Of a DNA stretch of 64,000 nucleotides, positions 1 to 9,277 are shown piece after piece. The DNA lies in the NCBI GenBank assembly GCA_965140785.1, contig OZ223475.1, forward strand, positions 64,001 to 128,000, given 5' to 3'. The notes under the pieces were generated by a model. It was not told where the DNA came from, made no database searches, and saw only the letters and a program-made list of their open reading frames with translations. The position numbers and the translations under genes were made by a program. Position 1 is the first letter of the stretch. Every line of letters begins with the position of its first letter. Source of the DNA: an uncultured Ruficoccus sp. (GTDB lineage Bacteria > Verrucomicrobiota > Verrucomicrobiia > Opitutales > Cerasicoccaceae).

Positions 1-226
1 TATCACTTTGGGTAAAACTTTGGCGAATCAGGTAATAGAGGGGTCTGGCTGGCGTTCCGGGCTCTCGGCACTGTACGCAAACCTGTTCAGGTCACATCCT
101 TGTGTCTGTTTGGGTCTGAATTTCGTGTCCTCACCTCGACAAATCTTAGTTTGCCTCGGCGCGAAGCCTGAATTTTGGCTTCAAAAATCGGCTTTTCCTG
201 TTCGTTCCGTAATTTGAGGACAAAGC

Positions 227-640
227 CTAGGGAGAGCGGGGTGGAGGGCCGCCGGACACAGACAGGAGCCACTCCAGGGCGTTGGGAGGGGGTGGGGAAC
301 CCCCTCGACGCCAGACGAGCTGTCCCTTGCCATCGCCGGTATAGGTGCCGTCTTTGAGGGCGGGCGTGGAGGCCGAGGTTGCCTGGGTCTTTTTATTGAT
401 CCAATAACCCACCCACCAGGTCGTGCGCCCGTCGGGGTTTCCCCAGGCGGCTTGGGGGCTCTTGGGCACGGGCAGGATATAGTACCAGCCGTCGGCGCGG
501 ATTTGCAGGGCCAGCCGGACGGTGGCGGCGTCGGTTTTGATTCCGTCGCGCAACTCCGGCGGAATGACGATTTCCTCTGCCCTGCCATGTGTCTGAAAGA
601 GCAGCAGGGCCAGGAGAGTTAAAAGGAATGTCCGGTTCAT
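227..640 (-). CDS. Hypothetical exported protein (137 aa)
   Basis: ATG at 640 gives a signal-peptide-like N-terminus MNRTFLLTLLALLLFQTHGRA; lies just downstream of the helicase on the same strand. Confidence 0.7.
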   Translation of the reverse strand: MNRTFLLTLLALLLFQTHGRAEEIVIPPELRDGIKTDAATVRLALQIRADGWYYILPVPKSPQAAWGNPDGRTTWWVGYWINKKTQATSASTPALKDGTYTGDGKGQLVWRRGGSPPPPNALEWLLSVSGGPPPRSP

Positions 641-680
641 GGCCGGGGAGGGCGGAAAGGGCTGTCTCATGCCCTGGCAG

Positions 681-3161
681 TTACCAGTGCAGGCGGCAGT
701 TGAAGCGCTGCCGCTGGGCGGGAGTAAGTTCGGGCAGGTCGGCGACCTGGGTGACGGAGAAATAGCTGGCGAGGAAGACACGGGCCAGCTCCTTGAGCTC
801 GCGCCAGCGGTCCCAGTTATAGTCGGGGGCGAAGCTGAGGTGGTTCAAAATACTGCGCCACTCCAGCAGGGCGCGTTCGATGTCGCCGTGGCGGAGATTA
901 TCCGAGACCAGTTCGGCGCGGGCGCCGGGGGTGGTGCGGATTTTGGTCAAGACTTCGGCGGCGCCGTTGCCGTATTCGGGTGGCACTCCCTGCTCCAGGT
1001 AGCCAGGGCAGGTGAGGCCGTGGTAGCGCAGACGGCAGATGTTGCCCAGGCGCGAGCTGGCGTCCTCGTACTCCTCGAAGCGGTGCCCGGCGCGGAGGTT
1101 GGCGAGGTCGTAGAGGAGATCCTCCAGGGCGTAGCTCTCGTCTTCGAGCGCGGCGGCGATGGCCAGGCCCTCGCCGTGGTTGAAAAAGCTGAAAATAACG
1201 CCCCGGCGGGTGGGGTGCTTGTTCTCGTCAATGAGGCCGAGCTGATGCCACCACTCGGCGGGGGTGGAGCGAGGCTGGTTTTCGCCGGTGGGCGGTCCGG
1301 CCAGTTCGGCAAATGTGGGGAAAGGCGGGGGCTCGACGATGCGGAAGGGCGGATTGATGAGGGCGCGTCCGTGCGAGTCGATCCGGGCGAAGACCTGCGC
1401 ACCGGAGTAGTCCAGCCGGGCGCTGATGAGGCCGTTGTGCTCAATGAGATCCCGGACTTTGCCGCCTTGGGTGAAGTAGGGCAACAGCGGCACCAGATCG
1501 CGCTCGAAGTGCTCCAGCTTCCATTGGCGGCCAGGGAGTCGTGCCTGCGGGTCGCTCTGCTGATAGTAGGATCGCACGTGCTGGTACATCCATTTGACCA
1601 GGGTGACCGAGCCGGAGCCGGACTTTTGCGGCATCATGGCCAGGGCGACCTGACGCCCATAGGTGTTGCCGTCCCCGCCGCCAAGTTTACAGAGGTTGCC
1701 GACCTGGATGCGGGCCAGGGACTCGGGCAGGCGAAGGGCTTTGCGCCAGCGGCCCTTGCCGTAGATAAGGGTCTCGCCCAGCCGGGCCTTGGTGCGGGGG
1801 CGCTGGCGCTCCCATTCCCCGGCGGAGTTGAGCATCTCCTTGATCTTGGGGCGGGTGGCGCTCTCCTCGCGTTGGGCTTCGACCTGCTTTTGCAGGCTGT
1901 GGCGGGAGCGGGAAATATTCAGCTGCCGCAGACCGAGCGAAATCGGGCGCTCGCTGAAGAGGCGTTCGGCCAGCTTTTCGGCGGCGGCCACGGGGGAGTC
2001 GCCCTGCTGGCGGGCGGTGTGCATGACCGAGAGGAAGCTGCCCCAATCCACGTGCGGCGAGCGGCGCAGTTGCAGGGGGCGGGCCTCGTTGAGCCGGGGC
2101 TTGCCGGGGGCGACGAGGACGTAGCCCTTTTCGTCGAGGCCCCGCCGTCCGGCGCGTCCGAACATTTGCAAAAGCTCGTCCGCGCGCACGAGTTGGCTGC
2201 GGTTACCGGCCTGGTACTCGCGGTCGGTCACGAGAACGGACTTCATGCAGAAGTTGATCCCGGCGGCCAAGCCGGTGGTGGCTACGATGACGCGAAGCTG
2301 GCCCTTTTTGGCCAAGGGCTCGATCAGTCCGGCGCGCTGCTGGTAGCTCAAGCCGCTGTGGTGGAAGGCGATGCGATTTCTTAAAAGCTTGGCCAGGGGG
2401 TCACCGGCGAGCTGCCGCTGCTCGGGGGTGAGCTCCAACCACTCGGGCAGGGGGAGGGCGGCGCTGAGCTGGCGGGCGAGGTCCTCGGCGGCGTGGCGGC
2501 GGGGGGCGAAGACCAGGATCGGCCCGAAGTCGGCCACCAGCGCGCGGGCGATAAACTGCGGCCAGAAGCCCCGGATGTTACCCGGCAGGCGGCTCGGAAG
2601 GGCCTCCAGCATGATTTCGTCCTGGGGGACGGGGCGCTCGTGCCGGTACACCATCTCGGCGTCGCGCCCGATGCGTTTGAGCCAGCCGAGGACGCGCTGG
2701 GGGTTGCCGACGCTGCCGCTGAGGAGCAAAAGCTGGGTGCCGGGCGGAGCCGAGGCGACGGCGAGCTCGTAGTTCACGCCGCGGGTGGCGTCGCCGAGCA
2801 TCTGGTACTCGTCGATGACGAGGAGGCCAGGCCCCTCACCCTTGAGGAAGCGGCCTTTCTGCGTCTCCAGGGTGGCGACCACGACGGGGGCGTCGGTCTT
2901 TTCGGAGACGTCGCCGGTGGCGATGCCGACGTTCCAACCCTGCCGCCGCCACTCGTAGAGCTTGTCATTGGCCAGGGCGCGAGTGGGCACGGTGTAGATG
3001 GCCTGGTGCTTGAAGCCGCTCTTCATCAGCAGCTCGAAGATGTAGGTCTTACCAGCGCCGGTGGGGGCGTGGACAACGACGTCTTTGCCGTCCTTGAGAA
3101 AATTAACCGCCTCCTGCTGCCACAGGTCGGGGATTTTCAGATTGGTAGCAAGCCCTTCCAC
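681..3161 (-). CDS. Ski2/HelY-like superfamily 2 helicase
   Basis: Motif I APTGAGKT, Ia PTRALAN, II LLVIDEYQ, III LSGS, FHHSGL, V ATTGLAAGIN, VI QMFGRAGRRG. Confidence 0.9.
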   Translation of the reverse strand: MEGLATNLKIPDLWQQEAVNFLKDGKDVVVHAPTGAGKTYIFELLMKSGFKHQAIYTVPTRALANDKLYEWRRQGWNVGIATGDVSEKTDAPVVVATLETQKGRFLKGEGPGLLVIDEYQMLGDATRGVNYELAVASAPPGTQLLLLSGSVGNPQRVLGWLKRIGRDAEMVYRHERPVPQDEIMLEALPSRLPGNIRGFWPQFIARALVADFGPILVFAPRRHAAEDLARQLSAALPLPEWLELTPEQRQLAGDPLAKLLRNRIAFHHSGLSYQQRAGLIEPLAKKGQLRVIVATTGLAAGINFCMKSVLVTDREYQAGNRSQLVRADELLQMFGRAGRRGLDEKGYVLVAPGKPRLNEARPLQLRRSPHVDWGSFLSVMHTARQQGDSPVAAAEKLAERLFSERPISLGLRQLNISRSRHSLQKQVEAQREESATRPKIKEMLNSAGEWERQRPRTKARLGETLIYGKGRWRKALRLPESLARIQVGNLCKLGGGDGNTYGRQVALAMMPQKSGSGSVTLVKWMYQHVRSYYQQSDPQARLPGRQWKLEHFERDLVPLLPYFTQGGKVRDLIEHNGLISARLDYSGAQVFARIDSHGRALINPPFRIVEPPPFPTFAELAGPPTGENQPRSTPAEWWHQLGLIDENKHPTRRGVIFSFFNHGEGLAIAAALEDESYALEDLLYDLANLRAGHRFEEYEDASSRLGNICRLRYHGLTCPGYLEQGVPPEYGNGAAEVLTKIRTTPGARAELVSDNLRHGDIERALLEWRSILNHLSFAPDYNWDRWRELKELARVFLASYFSVTQVADLPELTPAQRQRFNCRLHW

Positions 3162-3413
3162 TTACGGGACCACATATTAAGCACATACCGGGCCGGTTGG
3201 CAATGTTTCTTCGTGGGCAATCGTGTGACATTTCGGCTGCGGTATGTGCCTACTGGCCGGTTTCTGGCTACGGGGTTAACGCTTGATAGGGACCGGTCGC
3301 CGGGAGCGTAGGCGATTCCCCCAATAACCAAGCACCAATGACTATTAACAAGTAACTAATGACCCCTAACAAATCCTTGTCGTCGCTCAGAGGGGCTCTA
3401 GTCTGGAGTACAG

Positions 3414-4130
3414 ATGAAAGCCAGCGACCTGTTTGATTTTCCCGAAAGCATGCCCTTCGCCCGCTATTTCAGCCCGGACGAGCCGCCCTGGGTCTGGGTG
3501 ATGAAGGTTGGGATGGCGGCGCAGGAGTTCGACTTCCTGAGGGCCGAGGGTATGCACGGCAACATCCCTGCGGGGGTCAAGCTCTCCGGCAAGGTCTACA
3601 TCCACCACTCGGTCAAGCTGCCGCCCTACGCGGTCATCGAGGGGCCGGCCTGGATCGGGGAAGGAGCGGAAATCCGTCCCGGCGCCTACATCCGGGGAAA
3701 GGTCATCGTCGGCCCCGGTTCGGTCGTGGGTAACTCCACCGAGTTGAAAAACTGCCTCTTGATGGAAAACGTGCAGGCCCCGCACTTCAACTACGTGGGC
3801 GACTCGATCCTGGGGAACAAGGCCCACCTCGGTGCGGGCGTCATCTGTGCCAACCTGCGGCTCGATCAGTCGCCGGTCATCGTGCAGACCCCGGACGGGC
3901 GCGTCGATACCGGCATGCGCAAACTCGGCGCGTTGATGGGGGACTGCTCCGAAGCCGGTTGCAACGCCGTACTCCAGCCCGGCACGATCCTGGGGAAGGC
4001 GGCGGCGGTCATGCCCACGCTGGCCTTCGGCGGCTACCTGGAGGGTGGGACCCTGGCCTTTAACCGGCCCGTCATCGGGCGGGTGCCCCGCCGGGATTAT
4101 CCCAAAAGCACGCCCAACGCGGCCCGGTGA
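3414..4130 (+). CDS. Left-handed beta-helix acyltransferase, GlmU C-terminal-like
   Basis: Hexapeptide repeats, IRPGAYIRG, GNSTELKN, PHFNYVGDSILG, GAGVICAN, GCNAVLQPGT; no nucleotidyltransferase domain. Confidence 0.85.
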   Translation: MKASDLFDFPESMPFARYFSPDEPPWVWVMKVGMAAQEFDFLRAEGMHGNIPAGVKLSGKVYIHHSVKLPPYAVIEGPAWIGEGAEIRPGAYIRGKVIVGPGSVVGNSTELKNCLLMENVQAPHFNYVGDSILGNKAHLGAGVICANLRLDQSPVIVQTPDGRVDTGMRKLGALMGDCSEAGCNAVLQPGTILGKAAAVMPTLAFGGYLEGGTLAFNRPVIGRVPRRDYPKSTPNAAR

Positions 4131-4873
4131 ACATCCGGGCTTCCGGCCAAGGCGGAGCGGCCCTGGGCGGCGTCCCCGCCTTGCCAGTCCGTGATGAGCC
4201 CTCCGGCCCCCCGGATGACGGGGATCAGCGCCATCAGATCCCAAGTCTCCAGCACGGGGTCGAGCATCAGGTCGGCCCGGCCCGTGGCGACAAGGAAGTA
4301 CCCATAGCAGTCGCCCCAGGCACGCGTCAGCCAGGCCGCTTCGGCCAGCTTGTCGAGGCCGGGGACATGGTGCTTCCCCTGGGCTAAGAGGGCCGGGTCG
4401 GTGGTTGAAATAACGGCCTGGTCGAGACTCGGACAGGGGCGGACGCTGACGGGGCGGCCGTTGAGGGTGGTGGTGGCGTTGTCGCCGATTAACAATTCGC
4501 CGAGGACGGGCTGGTGGATGCAGCCCAGGACGGGCTCGCCCCGGTGCAGGAGCGCAATCAGCGTGCCGAAGAGCGGGACGTGGCTGATGAAGGACTTGGT
4601 GCCGTCGATCGGATCGAGCACCCAGACAAATTCCGCGTCTTCGCGCTCATTGCCGAACTCCTCCGCAATGATGCCGTGGGTCGGGTAGTTTTTGGCGATC
4701 ATTGCGCGCATGAGCTGCTCGGCCCCGCGGTCGGCGTCGGTCACCGGGGTCGAGTCGGCCTTGCGCTCGACATGCAGGTCGTCCTCACGCCAGTAGCGCA
4801 GGATGAGTTCGCCGCTGGCCTGGGCCAGCTCGGTCATGAAGGCTTTGAGTTCGTCGCGTAGGGAGGCGTCCAT
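4097..4873 (-). CDS. hisN: Histidinol-phosphatase (inositol monophosphatase family)
   Basis: KADSTPVTDAD, EEFG, WVLDPIDGTKSF, GDCYGY, WDLMALIPVIRGAGG. Confidence 0.85.
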   Translation of the reverse strand: MDASLRDELKAFMTELAQASGELILRYWREDDLHVERKADSTPVTDADRGAEQLMRAMIAKNYPTHGIIAEEFGNEREDAEFVWVLDPIDGTKSFISHVPLFGTLIALLHRGEPVLGCIHQPVLGELLIGDNATTTLNGRPVSVRPCPSLDQAVISTTDPALLAQGKHHVPGLDKLAEAAWLTRAWGDCYGYFLVATGRADLMLDPVLETWDLMALIPVIRGAGGLITDWQGGDAAQGRSALAGSPDVHRAALGVLLG

Positions 4874-5011
4874 GGAAAGGAGTTTTTAACCTAATGCCGT
4901 CCCACGCAAGCTCCGGCTGTTGGTCAGAGAATCATCCCCGGCCAGGTTAGAGGGTTTACAAAGCAAGCCTTGTTTTTTTTCCGCAATCGCGTGTAAGCTG
5001 AGGCCAGAGAC

Positions 5012-5680
5012 ATGCATTGGAAAGATTGCCCCATCCATGTGGTGGATTTTGAAGGGAGCCGCGGCAGTGGCGTGGTCGAGTTCGGCCTGGTTACTCTCTG
5101 GGACGGTGACATCGCCAGTTGCGCGACGCGCCTGTGCCGCCCTTCCGGCCTGATTTCCGCGCAAGAGCGCGCCCAGCACGGCATTTCCCAGGACGAGGCC
5201 CGACTGAGCGAACCCTTTTCGGCGGAGTGGGAACGCTTCACCGGCCTGCGCAAGAGTGGGCCCATGGCGGCGCACCACGCCATGGTCGAGAACGGCTTTC
5301 TCAAAGCCCAGTGGGCCTATCCGCCGTCCTCGCCGGATTTTCTGCATGAGGGGCAGATGATCGCCGATTGGGGGCCGTGGATCGATACCCGGCAGCTCTA
5401 CGCGAGCGTTTACCCCGACCTGAGCGGCTATGGGCTCTCGGAGTTGATCGGGACGCTCGGGCTTCAGGACGAGTTAAACAGCCGGGCCGAGCGGCACTGC
5501 CCCGAGCGGCGCGGCAAGTACCATTGCGCGCTCTACGACGCGCTCGCCTCCGCGCTGCTTCTGCTCAAGATGGGCGAGCAGGAGGGCTTCGAAAACATGA
5601 GCGTTCCCTGGCTGATCACGCAGAGCCAGTCCTCCGCCGACAAGCGCGAAGCGGCCCGCCAGGGCGGGCTGTTCGAGTAG
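5012..5680 (+). CDS. DEDDh 3'-5' exonuclease (DnaQ-like)
   Basis: ExoI VVDFEG, AHHAMVE, WIDT, ExoIII HCALYDA. Confidence 0.85.
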   Translation: MHWKDCPIHVVDFEGSRGSGVVEFGLVTLWDGDIASCATRLCRPSGLISAQERAQHGISQDEARLSEPFSAEWERFTGLRKSGPMAAHHAMVENGFLKAQWAYPPSSPDFLHEGQMIADWGPWIDTRQLYASVYPDLSGYGLSELIGTLGLQDELNSRAERHCPERRGKYHCALYDALASALLLLKMGEQEGFENMSVPWLITQSQSSADKREAARQGGLFE

Positions 5681-5842
5681 AAGGGCTTCGCCGCGCAGGG
5701 CGCAGGCAGGGAGCGGAGGAAAGTTTCTCCGGTTTGCTTTGAACGGTGGAGCCTTTTCGCCGTCTATCCCTGTTAACCAAGCTTCTTACCCTCTTTTTCT
5801 CAGCTTATTCGCGGCATGCAGAGGGAGGCGGCCATTCATTCA

Positions 5843-6454
5843 ATGAGAATCGCATTCTTCGCCCAGCACCGCATCACCTTGACGCGGACCGCCCTTGTTT
5901 TACTCGTTTTGCCGCTGTTTTTTTGCTCCAGCGCCTGGGAGCCGTTTTCGCATTTGCTGTCGGAATCGCTCTTTGCGGTAGGGATTGCGTTGGCCGGGGT
6001 CGGCGTCATCGGGCGGATATGGTGCTTCAGCTACATATCCGGGCGCAAGCAGACCGAGTTGGTGACGCAGGGCCCTTATTCTCTGACGCGGAATCCGCTT
6101 TACCTCTTTTCCATGGTGGCAGTGGTGGGGGTCGCCTTTACCAGTGAAACGCTGCTGCTGCCGTTGTTGGTGTTCATCGTATTTCTCCTGAGCTACCCGG
6201 CCGTGATCCGGCGCGAGGAAGGCGACCTGCTGAGGGTGCACGGAGCGGCATTCACCCGCTATTGCGAGACGACCCGGCGTTTCTGGCCGCGTTTTTCGCA
6301 CTACCGGGAGCCTGTCGAACTCCTGCTCAACCCCCGGGCCTTCCGCCGCGGCCTGCAGGATGTTATCTGGTTCATCGTGGCCTGCGGGATTTTTGAGATC
6401 ATTGAGGGCTTACAGGAGTCCGGGCTGATACCCGTCTATGTCCACCTGGTCTGA
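5843..6454 (+). CDS. Isoprenylcysteine carboxyl methyltransferase / PEMT family membrane protein
   Basis: Hydrophobic helices, LVTQGPYSLTRNPLY, EE..L..HG..F..Y; start could be 5816. Confidence 0.8.
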   Translation: MRIAFFAQHRITLTRTALVLLVLPLFFCSSAWEPFSHLLSESLFAVGIALAGVGVIGRIWCFSYISGRKQTELVTQGPYSLTRNPLYLFSMVAVVGVAFTSETLLLPLLVFIVFLLSYPAVIRREEGDLLRVHGAAFTRYCETTRRFWPRFSHYREPVELLLNPRAFRRGLQDVIWFIVACGIFEIIEGLQESGLIPVYVHLV

Positions 6455-6488
6455 GTGCCAGCGTGACTCCCTGTTGCCCTCCGGATAC

Positions 6489-6518
6489 AAAAAAGCCCGC
6501 TTGATTGCGGGCTAAAAA
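6489..6518 (-). terminator. Intrinsic terminator, probably the original tRNA-Leu terminator displaced by the integrated element
   Basis: AGCCCGC-TTGATT-GCGGGCT stem with an A6 run on + (U6 on -), immediately beyond the duplicated tRNA 3' end. Confidence 0.8.
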
Positions 6519-6519
6519 G

Positions 6520-6536
6520 TGGTGCTCAGGGAGGGA
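6520..6536. repeat. att site: 17-bp copy of the tRNA-Leu 3' end
   Basis: TGGTGCTCAGGGAGGGA is identical to 12464-12480. Confidence 0.95.
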
Positions 6537-6650
6537 AGGAGACTAGGCGCTCAATCCCGCTTCAAGCCTGTGTTTATGCGGGTTCCGGGTTTTGGCTAGT
6601 TTGGGCTTGCGTGCTTTAATTAGGGTATGTTTGTATGAATCTGTATTGAA

Positions 6651-7901
6651 ATGCCAAGCCCGAAATCCACAAAACGCCCGAGCTACCCCAAGTCCATCAA
6701 GCGCGGGAATGTCTGTGTGAAGGTTTACCGGGTGAAGCACCCCCGCGTAAAGGCGGGCGTGGTCTATTCCGTCGCCTGGTACGATGAGACCGGGAGCCGA
6801 AGGCAAAAGCAGTACACGGACCCGGCAGAGGCCGACAAAGAAGCCGTCATCAAAGCCGATAAACTTGCCGCCGGAGAGTTACGGGCGGCAGATGCCACGA
6901 TGGCCGACCTACGGGAGCTTGAGCGGGCGCGGCAACTGGCACACCCCGAACCCGTCCTTGCTGCCTTGGATGAATGGCGGCAGGCACGGGAAGCCTGTCA
7001 GGGGCCGATCCTGCCCGCCGCTAAGGCATGGGCAGAGCGAAACCGCCCCTCCTTTAAGGTCAAGACCGTCAAAGAGGTCTCAGAGCTATTTATGGCCGCT
7101 AAGAAGGCGGCTGGCATCAAGACCAGCGAGAGCTACGAGCGGACTCTCCCTGCCTTTCTGGAGGCCGTAGGAGGGCAGCAGATGCACACGGTAGGGGCAA
7201 GACGCCTTCAAAAGTATCTGGAACGCTACGGAAACCCCGTTTCACGCAACACGCACCGTAAACGGATTGTTACCCTGTGGAGGTGGGCACGCCGGGCGGG
7301 CTACCTGCCTAGAGACGTGCAGACCGAAGCGGAGTTGACCGACCGGGCGCAAGAGACGGCAACCGACATCGGAATCATAGAACCGGATACCTTCTTTGCG
7401 CTCTTGCGACTTATCGAGGCCAAGCACAAGCACTATATAGCCCCGCTTGCTCTTGCTGGGTTCTGTGGATTGCGACGCATTGAGATTCACGGGCAGCGAT
7501 GGGAAGACATTCACCTTGAGCGCGGCTTTGTGCGAGTCACCACCGCCAAAGCCCGCACCCCGGCCAAGCGGCTTGTCCCCCTGGTGGGAGAGGCGGGCGC
7601 GTGGCTCTCAAAGGTTGCGCAGCCTGCCGGGGAGGTTTCGCCGGGCAATACCTGGGTACTGGACAGAATTCGCGACATCGGGCGCACAGCGGGCTTTACG
7701 CTGCCGGAGAATTGCTTTCGGCATTCCTTTATCTCTGCCCGCGTGGCAGCAACCGGGAACCTTGAGCGGACCAGCCTGGAGGCCGGGAACAGCCCGAGAA
7801 TCATTCACCAGCATTACCGCGAGCTTATGACCGCAGATGAGGGCCGGGCATGGTTTGGAATCAAAGAGACCGAAGAGAGCAGCAAGGAGGGGGCGCTATG
7901 A
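6651..7901 (+). CDS. Tyrosine recombinase / phage integrase
   Basis: CGLRRIEI (R), KARTPAKR (K), NCFRHSF (HxxR variant), AGNS, QHY (Tyr); adjacent to att. Confidence 0.92.
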   Translation: MPSPKSTKRPSYPKSIKRGNVCVKVYRVKHPRVKAGVVYSVAWYDETGSRRQKQYTDPAEADKEAVIKADKLAAGELRAADATMADLRELERARQLAHPEPVLAALDEWRQAREACQGPILPAAKAWAERNRPSFKVKTVKEVSELFMAAKKAAGIKTSESYERTLPAFLEAVGGQQMHTVGARRLQKYLERYGNPVSRNTHRKRIVTLWRWARRAGYLPRDVQTEAELTDRAQETATDIGIIEPDTFFALLRLIEAKHKHYIAPLALAGFCGLRRIEIHGQRWEDIHLERGFVRVTTAKARTPAKRLVPLVGEAGAWLSKVAQPAGEVSPGNTWVLDRIRDIGRTAGFTLPENCFRHSFISARVAATGNLERTSLEAGNSPRIIHQHYRELMTADEGRAWFGIKETEESSKEGAL

Positions 7902-8728
7902 GTAGCGAATGGGGCAGCATGTCGGGTGAATGTCCGATTTTGGATGTTGATGGGATGAAAGTCCTTGGCCTTCCTGGGGCCAGTAATGAAAACACTGAGG
8001 CGATAACCTATGTTTATAAACATGCTCCTGACTCATTTAATGATTGGCGAGATGTTGGCGATTTCACCGGACAAGGAGCCATCGGTTGTTTATTAAGCTG
8101 TACTCACTGCTATGCGGATTTCTCAGTTCGATTTGACATTTATACACCCCCATCAGCAGAGAAAAAAGGGCGTATTGAAAGCATAATGCTGCCGTTTAAT
8201 TACGGATGTGGTATGGGGAATGGCACCTTTCAAGATGTTCGTCCTGAGACCAAAAGAGCCCGTGAGGACTGGCTTCAAAAAAACTTGTTTCTTAGCATGC
8301 GCAACAAATCATGCATGGAAGCTATTGAAGCTTTCAAAGTCGAATACAGTGCCCTTATTGGGACAACGATTTGGGCCGGCCTAAGCACTAAGGCAATTTA
8401 CAACGCGTGGAGAGCATTTGATAAAAGAAAAGAGAATTGGAATGATTCTATGGTTTTTCGCCCCTTATTGGCGGCTGGATGGGATGGTTTCTTTTCTCAT
8501 ATAAAGCCGCATCGTGAAATTCTAAATTATTTCCCGAAAAAGTATTTCCCACACCTTACCGAAGGTACTCTTTCAACCGCCATTTCTGGAATGAAACTTC
8601 CAAACGAGCCGGGGCCTATAAAAATTGATATCGACCCTGAATCATATTTCAAATTCGTGCTTATCAATCAGAGCTTACTTCAGCATGAAAACCCACGCAT
8701 ATTAAAATCCGTGTACACGGATACTTAG
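7898..8728 (+). CDS. Hypothetical protein (276 aa), visibly lower GC
   Basis: ATG overlaps the integrase stop (ATGA) and follows AAGGAGG; no recognisable domain. Confidence 0.7.
   Translation: MSSEWGSMSGECPILDVDGMKVLGLPGASNENTEAITYVYKHAPDSFNDWRDVGDFTGQGAIGCLLSCTHCYADFSVRFDIYTPPSAEKKGRIESIMLPFNYGCGMGNGTFQDVRPETKRAREDWLQKNLFLSMRNKSCMEAIEAFKVEYSALIGTTIWAGLSTKAIYNAWRAFDKRKENWNDSMVFRPLLAAGWDGFFSHIKPHREILNYFPKKYFPHLTEGTLSTAISGMKLPNEPGPIKIDIDPESYFKFVLINQSLLQHENPRILKSVYTDT
8707..8722. promoter_or_regulatory. Perfect 16-bp palindrome, putative operator
   Basis: ATCCGTGTACACGGAT, 43 bp upstream of the Xis-like gene. Confidence 0.5.
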
Positions 8729-8765
8729 CAAGATATTTCCCCATGCTTCCCCTATTGTTAGGGGC

Positions 8766-8984
8766 ATGGAAAACAGCATATCCGAACTAAAGCCGTCATC
8801 CTGGGCCATGCAGCGCCTGGGGTTCAGTGACCGGGTTTCCTTCCTTCAATTCGTGAAGAGGGAAGGTGTCCCGTTTTACCGCGTATCCGCACGCAACTTT
8901 AAGTTTTCCCCGCAAGAGGTGGAGGCTTGGCTTGAGGCCCGCCGCGTGGGAGGCCCAAGGGGAAAGGCGAGCTATGCGGGGTAA
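8766..8984 (+). CDS. Small HTH DNA-binding protein (excisionase/AlpA-like)
   Basis: 72 aa, basic, REGVPFYRVSARNFKFSPQEVEAWL resembles the HTH_17/Xis C-terminal pattern. Confidence 0.75.
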   Translation: MENSISELKPSSWAMQRLGFSDRVSFLQFVKREGVPFYRVSARNFKFSPQEVEAWLEARRVGGPRGKASYAG

Positions 8985-9102
8985 GAAGCGCAAGAAGCTT
9001 ATCCGATGGGTGGACCGTTGCCTTGCCAATGGATATGTCCCGTATGGCTGGCCAAAGCGCCGTTGCCTATCCGCAAGGGGGGCGGGGCGTCATGAGGGCT
9101 GA
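8974..9102 (+). CDS. Possible small basic protein (42 aa)
   Basis: MRGKKRKKLIRWVD... bridges its neighbours with short overlaps, as in compact phage operons. Confidence 0.35.
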   Translation: MRGKKRKKLIRWVDRCLANGYVPYGWPKRRCLSARGAGRHEG

Positions 9103-9277
9103 CCGTTTCAAACAAACCGCCCGCCGCCTGGGCTGTGTTTCCGGGCGTGATCTGCTGGCTAGGTTGCCCATAGACGCCAGCGACACCGTAAAGGGCTTCA
9201 CCATAGTTGACACAGTTACGACTGAGCAGCAGGCCCGTGAGCTTGCGAAGGCGGTATCGGATAGGAGCGCCCGATAA
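9092..9277 (+). CDS. Hypothetical small protein (61 aa)
   Basis: MRADRFKQ...; its stop TAA overlaps the Rep ATG (TAATG). Confidence 0.5.
   Translation: MRADRFKQTARRLGCVSGRDLLARLPIDASDTVKGFTIVDTVTTEQQARELAKAVSDRSAR

Noticed and set aside
639..2384. 581-aa + strand ORF
   Set aside because: Antisense shadow of the helicase in GC-rich DNA; no motifs
3321..3374. Short CAATAAC/CAATGAC/TAATGAC-like repeats in an intergenic region
   Set aside because: Too degenerate and too few to call a repeat family or array
4097..4130. 34-bp 3' overlap of the convergent GlmU-like and hisN genes
   Set aside because: Short convergent overlaps are common; no sign of regulation
7850..7897. Longer start for the 7850-8728 ORF
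   Set aside because: Lies inside the integrase gene; ATG 7898 has a Shine-Dalgarno and an ATGA coupling
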